NCBI GenBank assembly: GCA_012520435.1
Contig: JAAYOI010000077.1
Coordinates: 1-40,371 of the forward strand
DNA: 40,371 bases
Direction: 5' to 3'
Source of the DNA: Mollicutes bacterium
GTDB taxonomy: Bacteria > Bacillota_I > Bacilli_A > RF39 > UBA660
Both the position numbers and the translations under genes were made by a program. Of this stretch, positions 27,900 to 36,071 are shown piece after piece. Under the pieces are notes generated by a model that was given only the letters and a program-made list of their open reading frames with translations, ran no database searches and was not told the origin of the DNA. Each line of letters begins with the position of its first letter. The stretch's first letter is position 1.

Positions 27900-29027
27900 G
27901 TGATTAAAAAAATAATAACAATTATTTATTTGCTTTTCTTTTCATTATTATTAAGTGGTTGTTGGGATTATACTAGTTTAGATGAAATAACAATTGTATC
28001 GGGAATGGCCATAGATCAATCAGAAGATAAGAAAGGATATCATGTTTCTTTAGAAATATTTGATACTACTGAATCAAATAAAGAAAAGATTAAAACAGCT
28101 ATTATTGAATCAAATGGTATAACCTTATTTGATGCCATAAGAAATGCGAAAAAAAAGATTACTAATAAACTTTATTTTGCTAACATTGCTGTTATTATTG
28201 TTAGTGAGCAGGTTGCTAAAGAAAAAAATATTGGAGAAATAATTGATTGGTATTTAAGAGATGCCGAACACAGAGAAACACTTAGTTTTGTTATTTCTAA
28301 AGAAAAAACAGCTAAAGATTTGTTAAATACAAAAAGTTCGACTAATAATGCTATAGGATTATTAATTAAAGAAATTGTTACTGAAGATCAAACAGTAACA
28401 ATATCTGTAATTCATAATGAAGCATATAAAATATATAATATTCTCAATCAAAAAAAAGAATCTTTAGTTTTACCAGCTTTTCGAGTTACTACTAATAATA
28501 ATGAAAAAGCAGTTGAAGCTGATGGACTTGCCATCTTTAAAAATGGAAAATTAATTGATTTTATTGATGATGATAAATCTAAATATATTTTGTTTGCTAA
28601 TAATAAAGTAAAAGGTGGTATCCTTACTATTAAAAAAGATAATAATATTGACAATATTTCGTTAGAAATTACTAATTCTAAAACTAAAACCTCTTTTACT
28701 TATAAAAATAATCAATTAAAATTTTTTATTAATATTAAAACGAATGTTATTGTGGGTGAATATGGAATAAATGATGAAATACCATATAAACAAATTACTA
28801 AACTAGAAAAAATAGCTGCTAATAAATTAAATAAAGAAGTAACAGAAATAATAAAATATGTTCAAGAAAAATATAATTCAGATATCTTTGGTTTTAGTAC
28901 AATTATTTATAGAAAAGATCCTAAACTTTGGAAAAAACTTAAAAAAGATTGGGATAAAATTTTTAAAAATATTGAAGTAGAAGTAAAATCCGAAGTAAAA
29001 ATAATCAATACTTCTTATATAAAATAA
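27900..29027 (+). CDS. Spore germinant receptor C subunit lipoprotein, Ger(x)C
   Basis: Lipobox LLSGC followed by WD; also DIFGF. Confidence 0.93.
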   Translation: MIKKIITIIYLLFFSLLLSGCWDYTSLDEITIVSGMAIDQSEDKKGYHVSLEIFDTTESNKEKIKTAIIESNGITLFDAIRNAKKKITNKLYFANIAVIIVSEQVAKEKNIGEIIDWYLRDAEHRETLSFVISKEKTAKDLLNTKSSTNNAIGLLIKEIVTEDQTVTISVIHNEAYKIYNILNQKKESLVLPAFRVTTNNNEKAVEADGLAIFKNGKLIDFIDDDKSKYILFANNKVKGGILTIKKDNNIDNISLEITNSKTKTSFTYKNNQLKFFINIKTNVIVGEYGINDEIPYKQITKLEKIAANKLNKEVTEIIKYVQEKYNSDIFGFSTIIYRKDPKLWKKLKKDWDKIFKNIEVEVKSEVKIINTSYIK

Positions 29028-29041
29028 AAGGAGAATAATAA

Positions 29042-29248
29042 ATGGAATTTATAGTTATAGTTATTGTTTATTTTTTAATAATCTTTTTTGATTTAATTCC
29101 TATGTTTAAAAAAAAGCAAATTAAAGAAGCTATTATTTATTCAGTTATTATTATTTTTACCTTTATTATTATAACATTAAAAATCGGTGGTATTAATGTA
29201 CCAAGTCCATATAAATTAATTAAAAATATTATAACATCTATTACATAA
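29042..29248 (+). CDS. Small two-TM protein, probable germinant receptor D subunit
   Basis: 68 aa, two hydrophobic helices and a PSP motif, inside the ger operon with RBS AAGGAG. Confidence 0.7.
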   Translation: MEFIVIVIVYFLIIFFDLIPMFKKKQIKEAIIYSVIIIFTFIIITLKIGGINVPSPYKLIKNIITSIT

Positions 29249-29264
29249 AGAAGGTGAAAAATAA

Positions 29265-30341
29265 GTGCCAAAAGAAATAATTTCTTCAAGACAAATAATT
29301 GCTAGTATTATTGCTTTCATTGTTGGTAATAGTGTTATTTTAGGAGTAAATTCCGAATTAGCTCAAGATAGTTGGATTGCCTTAATAATAGCTACTATTT
29401 TAATCATACCACTTATTTTAATTTATGCTAGAATTATTAAATTATATCCTGGTAAAGATTTCTGTCAAATAGTAGAACTTTTATTAGGAAAAATTTTAAG
29501 TAAAATTATTATCATTTTATTTATTTGGTATGCTATGCATTTAGGTGCTTTAGTTTTAAAATTTTTTTCTGAATTTACTAAAATTTCTGCTTTATTTAAT
29601 ACTCCTGAAATAATTATTTTAATGACAATGACCATTGTTACTGTTTATTTATCTAAAAGTGGTATTGAAGTTTTAGGTAGATGGTCAATTATTGTTTGTA
29701 CAATAATATGCTTTCTATTAATATTAACAATAATATTTTCAATACCTAATATGGATTTTAACAATTTTTTTCCTATAATGAATCATGATTTGAAAGAAAT
29801 ATTAAAAAGTAGTTTTGATATCTTTTCTTTTCCTTTTGCAGAAATTGTCTTGTTTCTTAGTATGGCTTCATCATATAGTCAAAAAAATAATCCCTATAAA
29901 ATTTATCTTTATGGATGTTTACTTGGAAGTATTTTCCTTTTATCGGTTATTATTAGAAATGTATCAATTCTAGGAGTTCCCTTAGTAAAATCTGAATATT
30001 TTCCATCCTATACTGCCACTAGATTAATTAATATTGGTGATTTTCTAACTAGAATTGAAGGAACTATTACTATTAATTTTATTTTTGTTGGTTTAACTAA
30101 AACTGCGGTATGTCTAATTGCTGCTTCTAAAGGTTTTACTTTTTTATTTAATTTAAAAGATTATAAAATTATGATTATCCCTATTTCTTTATTAATTTTA
30201 ATGCTTGCTACTATTATGTATAATAACGTAATTGAAATGTTTGAATTTATTCCTATTTATTCGATTTACGCTATCCCCTTTCAAATTATCATCCCTATCA
30301 TTGTTTGGATAGTTGCAGAAATAAAAAATAAAAAGGAGTAA
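29265..30341 (+). CDS. Spore germinant receptor B subunit (APC-fold permease-like)
   Basis: ISSRQ, QDSWIA, GIEVLGR and FLTRIE motifs; multiple TM helices. Confidence 0.93.
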   Translation: MPKEIISSRQIIASIIAFIVGNSVILGVNSELAQDSWIALIIATILIIPLILIYARIIKLYPGKDFCQIVELLLGKILSKIIIILFIWYAMHLGALVLKFFSEFTKISALFNTPEIIILMTMTIVTVYLSKSGIEVLGRWSIIVCTIICFLLILTIIFSIPNMDFNNFFPIMNHDLKEILKSSFDIFSFPFAEIVLFLSMASSYSQKNNPYKIYLYGCLLGSIFLLSVIIRNVSILGVPLVKSEYFPSYTATRLINIGDFLTRIEGTITINFIFVGLTKTAVCLIAASKGFTFLFNLKDYKIMIIPISLLILMLATIMYNNVIEMFEFIPIYSIYAIPFQIIIPIIVWIVAEIKNKKE

Positions 30342-30357
30342 TTAATTATTCCTTTTT

Positions 30358-30606
30358 TTATTGAATAAATTTATCTAAATCCTTTGGAACTTTATCATCT
30401 ATTACCGCTTCAATAATTTTATCTTCTTTTTCTTTAGATACTTCTTTTCCCGTCATTTTACTTAATTCATGAATAATTTCACGTAAAGTTGCTTCATTTT
30501 TAATATCTGACTGTTGTAATTTTGAAGCTAACCCTAAAATCGTTTCTTTTCCAACTTTTGTTTTATTTTCTATTTTATCAAAAAAACTATCGGAAAAATT
30601 GAACAT
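30358..30606 (-). CDS. spoVIF: Stage VI sporulation protein F
   Basis: FFDKIENKT, E..LR.II..LS...GK.VSKEKEDKII pattern. Confidence 0.88.
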   Translation of the reverse strand: MFNFSDSFFDKIENKTKVGKETILGLASKLQQSDIKNEATLREIIHELSKMTGKEVSKEKEDKIIEAVIDDKVPKDLDKFIQ

Positions 30607-30625
30607 AAAAACTCCCTCCTAACAA

Positions 30626-30652
30626 TAGTATATGTAAGAGGGATAATAGCGT
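30626..30652 (-). promoter_or_regulatory. sigmaK promoter of spoVIF
   Basis: AC-16-CATATACTA, an exact consensus match. Confidence 0.75.
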
Positions 30653-30657
30653 TATTA

Positions 30658-31974
30658 TTATTGTTCACCCTTACTTTTAAATTGTAAAACAATTGGTGTT
30701 CCTTCAAAATCAAATGCCTCTCTAATTTTATTTTCTAAATAACGTTCATAAGAAAAATGTACTAATCCTTTACTATTAACCTGAATATCAAAGGTAGGTG
30801 GACAAATACCTACTTGCTTAACAGAATAAATTTTTAATCTTTTACCTTTATAAGTAGGTGGTGGATTTAAAACATATGCATCCATAATAACATCATTTAA
30901 TAAATTGTTTGCAACTTCTTTTTTACTATTATTATATACTTTAATAATTTCTGGCATTAAGGTATGAATTCTTTTTTTGGTAAGGGCTGATAAAATGACA
31001 ACTGGTACATATGGAATAAATTGAAAATTATTACGAATATCTTTAGTAAATTTTTTTATTTCTTCATCTTTATTATCAATTATATCCCATTTATTAACAA
31101 CTAAAACTATTGGTTTACCAGCATCTATTGCATATCCAACAATATGTTTATCATGTTCAATAATACCTTCTTCAGCATTTATAACAACCACACAAACATT
31201 AGAACGATCAATTGCTTTCAATGAACGTAACAAACTATATTTTTCAACATTTTCATATATTTTACCTTTTTTTCGCATTCCTGCTGTATCAATAACTACA
31301 AATTTTTGATCATAATAAGTAAATGGTGTATCAACAGCATCCCTCGTTGTTCCTGGTTCATCACTAACAATAACTCGTTCCTCATTTAATATCGCATTAA
31401 CTAAACTGCTTTTACCAACATTAGGTCTTCCAATAATACAAAATTTTAAAACATCTTCTTCATCTATTTCCTCTTCATAAGGTTTAAATCTAGATGTTAT
31501 CTCATCAAATAAATCGCTTATACCTGTTTTTTGTTCGCCACTAACCTCAATATATTTATCAAATCCTAATTCATAAAAATCATAAATATGTTTTCTTGCT
31601 TCTTTACTATCAACTTTATTAATTACCACAATAACATCCTTATTAGCCTTCCTAAGCATATCTTTTACAACCATATCATTAGCTGTAAGTCCTTCTTTTC
31701 CATCTACCACAAATAAAACTAAATCCGCTTCTTTAATCGCAATCTCCACTTGGACTTTAATTTCATTATTAAAAATTTCTTTATTAATATCAATCCCACC
31801 TGTATCAATTAAATGAAATTGATGATTATTATAAGTTACATTTCCATATATACGATCCCTAGTTACCCCCGGAGTATCTTCAATTATGGATATTTTTTTA
31901 CCAACTAAGCAATTGAAAATAGTTGATTTACCAACATTAGGTCTTCCAACTAAAGCCACAACTGGGGTTCGCAT
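30658..31974 (-). CDS. der: Ribosome biogenesis GTPase Der
   Basis: Two GRPNVGKS G-domains and C-terminal F.FEGTPI. Confidence 0.99.
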   Translation of the reverse strand: MRTPVVALVGRPNVGKSTIFNCLVGKKISIIEDTPGVTRDRIYGNVTYNNHQFHLIDTGGIDINKEIFNNEIKVQVEIAIKEADLVLFVVDGKEGLTANDMVVKDMLRKANKDVIVVINKVDSKEARKHIYDFYELGFDKYIEVSGEQKTGISDLFDEITSRFKPYEEEIDEEDVLKFCIIGRPNVGKSSLVNAILNEERVIVSDEPGTTRDAVDTPFTYYDQKFVVIDTAGMRKKGKIYENVEKYSLLRSLKAIDRSNVCVVVINAEEGIIEHDKHIVGYAIDAGKPIVLVVNKWDIIDNKDEEIKKFTKDIRNNFQFIPYVPVVILSALTKKRIHTLMPEIIKVYNNSKKEVANNLLNDVIMDAYVLNPPPTYKGKRLKIYSVKQVGICPPTFDIQVNSKGLVHFSYERYLENKIREAFDFEGTPIVLQFKSKGEQ

Positions 31975-32038
31975 GCTACCACCTCATTTCTTAAATATTA
32001 TACCATACCTTATCTAAATAAAATAAAAAATGTATTTA

Positions 32039-32539
32039 TCAACTAAATACATTTAAAGGTTTTCCTTTCTTTAAAACATTGTTAACTTCATAATCATAAA
32101 TAATCGTACTATTTTCTAAAAGCTTTGCGAATTCCATATTTTCTAAAGGTTTTATTATTTTAACATAAAAATTATTTTTATATCTTATAATATTAACTTT
32201 TTTTAATATTTTAGAATCAATACTAAATATATCATCAATATGATATAAAAAACTATCATTATCTTCAATTGTTATCCGCATATCAATTTGATTACCAAAA
32301 TAATCACAATAATCAATACTATCTCTTTTCATTTGGATAATAATTCCATAAAACTTATCTATATACACTTTTATATCATAATATCCTTGAAGAATAATAC
32401 GATAAAATTTCTTTAAACGGTTAAATAATTGCAGAAAATACTTTTCTAATTCTTCCTTTTCCTTAAAAATAACTTTATCAACATGAAAATTATTTATATA
32501 AACTATGATATTATTTTCATCATTAACTACAACCTTCAT
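32039..32539 (-). CDS. Hypothetical protein, weakly MecA/YpbH-like
   Basis: ORF with AGGTGA RBS. The two-part layout (MKV....N.I.VYI; F.Y..DD) is only suggestive. Confidence 0.5.
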   Translation of the reverse strand: MKVVVNDENNIIVYINNFHVDKVIFKEKEELEKYFLQLFNRLKKFYRIILQGYYDIKVYIDKFYGIIIQMKRDSIDYCDYFGNQIDMRITIEDNDSFLYHIDDIFSIDSKILKKVNIIRYKNNFYVKIIKPLENMEFAKLLENSTIIYDYEVNNVLKKGKPLNVFS

Positions 32540-32589
32540 ATATATCACCTATGATATCTTATGAGGATTGTTAATTGATGAGATATATT

Positions 32590-33171
32590 TTAAATAATTC
32601 TTTCAATTTTTTCTTGAATTTCTTCACGACTAAGTTTAGTTACATTGGAAAATAATACAAAATCATCGCCAACAACCAAATCAAGTTCATTTAAAATTAA
32701 ACTACGTTGCTTTTGATGTTGAGTAATATTAACTTTATCGGTCTTTATAGCTACAATTGTAACTGGAATTTTATAATATTTTAAAAAATTATACATTAAA
32801 ATATCATCACTACTTGGTTTATGGCGAAAATCAATTAACATAAAAACATGTTTTAAATTTTCTCTGTTAATTAAATAATCTTCCATCATTAAACCAAATT
32901 TTTTACGTTTTTTTCTAGATATATTCGCAAATCCATATCCTGGAGCATCGACTAAATAAAATTGATCATTAACTAAATAAAAATTAATAGTTTGTGTTTT
33001 CCCTGGTTTAGAAGATGTTCGAGCATAATTCTTACGGTTAATTATTGTATTAATAAAACTGCTTTTTCCAACATTAGATCTGCCTACTAATAAAAATTCA
33101 GGTTTTTTATCAGTTGGATATTGACTCCGTCTAACCGCACTTGTTACTAACTCAACACTTTTGATTTCCAT
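32590..33171 (-). CDS. engB: GTP-binding protein EngB/YihA/YsxC
   Basis: GRSNVGKSSFIN, ARTSSKPGKTQ and DAPGYG. Own promoter TTGACA-17-TATAAT (33236-33208). Confidence 0.97.
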   Translation of the reverse strand: MEIKSVELVTSAVRRSQYPTDKKPEFLLVGRSNVGKSSFINTIINRKNYARTSSKPGKTQTINFYLVNDQFYLVDAPGYGFANISRKKRKKFGLMMEDYLINRENLKHVFMLIDFRHKPSSDDILMYNFLKYYKIPVTIVAIKTDKVNITQHQKQRSLILNELDLVVGDDFVLFSNVTKLSREEIQEKIERII

Positions 33172-33256
33172 CTATACCACCTTACAATTTCAACTTTAGG
33201 CTTTTTCATTATATCATTATATCGTTTGTTTGTCAAAATAATAAAAAGATTATTTT

Positions 33257-33871
33257 TTATTCCCTATAAGTATCATATTCAACCTTTAACCAATTAGAAA
33301 GACTAGCTATTTTATTTATGATATTTAATTCATAATAAAGAGCATCTTTAAATTCTTTTAAATCAGCTTTTTTAGATTGATTATTAATTATTATTTTTAT
33401 TTGTGCTCTTATACGATTTTCTAATTCAGGATTTTCACTTATATTTAAAGAATTATATTTATCAAAATTTTCTAGACAATTTTTATTTTGATTTAATTTT
33501 TTTATATCATCATAAGTATAATTAGTTTTATCTCTAAAACTTAATATTTTAGGATTATCAAAAATTTTATTTTCTAAATCTGTACTCATCAAATAACAAG
33601 TTTTAATATCGTCTACTATTAAATTATAAGTTGCTTTTAATTTTTCATCATCTAAATTAAGATCTTTTAATCTAACCCATTTTTCTTCTTCTGTAGTAAT
33701 TGTTATATCATTCATATTATCTTCAATAATACCTATATTATAGTCAAATAATTCATAACCATCTTTATATATTTGTCCTAATGTTTTAGGCTTTAATGAA
33801 TTATAAATTAATATACAAGCAATACTAGCAACCACTATATAAATAATTCCAATAATATACCACTTATTCAT
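33257..33871 (-). CDS. Hypothetical single-TM protein
   Basis: N-terminal hydrophobic helix and GAGGTGA RBS; no recognised motif. Confidence 0.7.
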   Translation of the reverse strand: MNKWYIIGIIYIVVASIACILIYNSLKPKTLGQIYKDGYELFDYNIGIIEDNMNDITITTEEEKWVRLKDLNLDDEKLKATYNLIVDDIKTCYLMSTDLENKIFDNPKILSFRDKTNYTYDDIKKLNQNKNCLENFDKYNSLNISENPELENRIRAQIKIIINNQSKKADLKEFKDALYYELNIINKIASLSNWLKVEYDTYRE

Positions 33872-33941
33872 AACTCACCTCTTATTATCATTATAAATAT
33901 ATCATATAATTATCTTTTTTTCAAAATAATTTATATTTTCC

Positions 33942-33968
33942 AAAAAATAGACCCTTTTATAGGGTCTA
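33942..33968 (-). terminator. Terminator closing the HNH-ParB unit
   Basis: TAGACCCT-5-AGGGTCTA hairpin with a T6 run on the minus strand. Confidence 0.85.
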
Positions 33969-33990
33969 CTTTTATTTATAATTAAATTTA

Positions 33991-35073
33991 TTATTTCTTC
34001 CTTAATTTAAAATTTTGATTAGTTAAATACTCACGAATATATTGATGATAAAGAATTTTTACATATTGAATATCTACTGAATGATCGAATCCTGTACAAT
34101 TACTATCCAAATTAAGTAATTGAACAAAATATTCAAAAGGCATACTATTTAAAGCACGTAAAGCTTTATTATAATCATCTTTTAAAATTTTCAAATGTAT
34201 TTCTTCTTGTCTTTTAGCTCCATCTTTAAACCATTCAAACATTTCTTGTTGCAACTCTTCTTTAGGTCTAAAATGATCATTCAAATATTTTGCATGACAT
34301 GATATCTTACTTAAAGCACGTTTAGCACTAATATTTTTAACTCGTTGTAATTCCATAAGCAAAGTTGCATAATGTATTTTAATACTTTGTTCTAAAGCTG
34401 TATTTGATTCAACATGATCAGCTTCATATTTCTTTATTAATGGATATATTCTCCCTAATTCAACACCAACAGCAAAAGGAATATTGCGGGAAAAAACATA
34501 TTCTTGAATTTCAATTGGTAAATCCGCAAAAACTAAAGCATCACTTAATACTCGTCTACTAAACCTATTTTGATTTTGCTTGATAAATTCTTTTTTATCA
34601 TGCCATTTACCATTTATAATACCTAAACGATATGTTTCAATAATGGCAATTGCTCTTTCTTCAAGTTTTGGTTCAGAATAAATATTTTCATCTAATTGAA
34701 TTGCTAGAATTTCTTCACTTGTTTTTACCTTATGTATTTTTACAGCAACTTCTACTTTCCTTTTTTTCTGTTTACTAATTTTCTTGATTGCTTCCAAACG
34801 AGTATGTCCTGCAATAACAACATAATAAAAATCCCCAATTGGTTTAAAATCATCAATGTTTGTATTCTTTTTCCATAATTGATTTAAAAACTTAATATGG
34901 TTTTTAAGTTCTTCATAACTTAATTTAGCTACATCTAAAGGATTAATTAAACCACGATCTTCAATTGAATCAACAATCTCATCAATTTTAGCATTCTTTA
35001 TTTTTCTAACTTGTGGTAAGACCACTAATTTATCAGGATCAATTATCATATATTCATATTGCCCATAAATCAT
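33991..35073 (-). CDS. Orphan ParB-like protein (ParB/Srx N-domain, HTH-like region, unique C-terminus)
   Basis: QVR...IVDSI..RGLINPL, VIAGHTRLEA (GxxRxxA), L.EN, and SRR.LSD.L....LP.EIQ. Confidence 0.85.
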   Translation of the reverse strand: MIYGQYEYMIIDPDKLVVLPQVRKIKNAKIDEIVDSIEDRGLINPLDVAKLSYEELKNHIKFLNQLWKKNTNIDDFKPIGDFYYVVIAGHTRLEAIKKISKQKKRKVEVAVKIHKVKTSEEILAIQLDENIYSEPKLEERAIAIIETYRLGIINGKWHDKKEFIKQNQNRFSRRVLSDALVFADLPIEIQEYVFSRNIPFAVGVELGRIYPLIKKYEADHVESNTALEQSIKIHYATLLMELQRVKNISAKRALSKISCHAKYLNDHFRPKEELQQEMFEWFKDGAKRQEEIHLKILKDDYNKALRALNSMPFEYFVQLLNLDSNCTGFDHSVDIQYVKILYHQYIREYLTNQNFKLRKK

Positions 35074-35089
35074 ATATTCACTTCCTTTA

Positions 35090-35836
35090 CTAAAATAATT
35101 TTAATTGACTTTCCATTATTTTATCTTTAGGTAAACTCTTTTTTAAATATTTTTCTATTTCATATGCATCTAAATAATTAGTATCTAAATGTGGATTTAA
35201 AATTCTATTTTCCAAAACTTTCGATTTAATCGAACTTAAATTTATATAAATTTTAGCCAATTCTAAAATTTCTTTAGTTAATGTAATATTTTCTTTAGCA
35301 AACTTAGTAATAAAAGCAATCCGTCCTTCATCAGTAATAATTAATGTAAGTTGGTTTATAAATTGATTGATTGCTGTTTCTTTTCGCGTTTGCCAATATG
35401 CTTGCGGATCAGCAAACATTAATTTTCGTTCATCTAACATAGAATGATTAATACTATCATGTTCATTTTTAGGTAAGATGTGCAAATTCTGGCGACGATT
35501 ATCAACCGAAACACCATTAATATGATGTACGACATAACCTAATCTATCACATTCTAAAATAATTGAATGAAGCCATGGTGTATCACTACTTGTTCCAAAA
35601 TAGGTACAATATCTTTTTTGCCAACAACAAGCTCTCAATTTACCATTATATATTTTGTTTATTTTTATAAGATCAGCTATATCTATTAAAATTTTCCAAT
35701 AAATAGTTAAATTATTACCATCATAACAACCAATCTTAGGATTAAGTTCTTCAATACTATAATTTTTTAATCTTGTTCTAAAGTATTGGGGACATTCAAT
35801 ATAGCTAATATCATCAATGATTTTGGTTGTCCACAT
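35090..35836 (-). CDS. HNH endonuclease-domain protein, probably 5'-truncated
   Basis: WLH.II....VVHHINGVSVDNRRQNLHILPKNEH. No RBS at ATG 35836; the frame stays open upstream to a TGA near 35920. Confidence 0.8.
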   Translation of the reverse strand: MWTTKIIDDISYIECPQYFRTRLKNYSIEELNPKIGCYDGNNLTIYWKILIDIADLIKINKIYNGKLRACCWQKRYCTYFGTSSDTPWLHSIILECDRLGYVVHHINGVSVDNRRQNLHILPKNEHDSINHSMLDERKLMFADPQAYWQTRKETAINQFINQLTLIITDEGRIAFITKFAKENITLTKEILELAKIYINLSSIKSKVLENRILNPHLDTNYLDAYEIEKYLKKSLPKDKIMESQLKLF

Positions 35837-35900
35837 ATCAAAATTAGGAATCCATCCTTCTTCTTTTGCTCTAATAATTAAGGGGACTTCAAATGTTTCT

Positions 35901-36023
35901 TGGATGAATTCTTTAGGTCATCGCAATAATATCTTAAATACTAATTATAACCAAATAGGAGTTGGAGTTGCGAAAGATAATCAAGGTAGATTATATTGGG
36001 TACAAATGTTTATAAGAATTTAA
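35901..36023 (+). pseudogene. C-terminal fragment of a CAP/SCP-domain protein (YkwD/YlbC/SafA-associated type)
   Basis: WMNS.GHR.NIL...Y..IGVG......YWVQMF is the CAP C-terminal signature; the N-terminal part is missing. Confidence 0.88.
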
Positions 36024-36041
36024 AATAAATTATATAAAAAC

Positions 36042-36069
36042 AAACCACTACGTATATACCTAGTGGTTT
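36042..36069. terminator. Bidirectional terminator
   Basis: AAACCACTA-10-TAGTGGTTT between convergent ORFs. Confidence 0.75.
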
Positions 36070-36071
36070 TA

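Noticed and set aside
31411-31949. Direct repeat TTTACCAACATTAGGTCTTCCAA (about 23 bp) in two copies
   Set aside because: Encodes the two GRPNVGK P-loops of Der.
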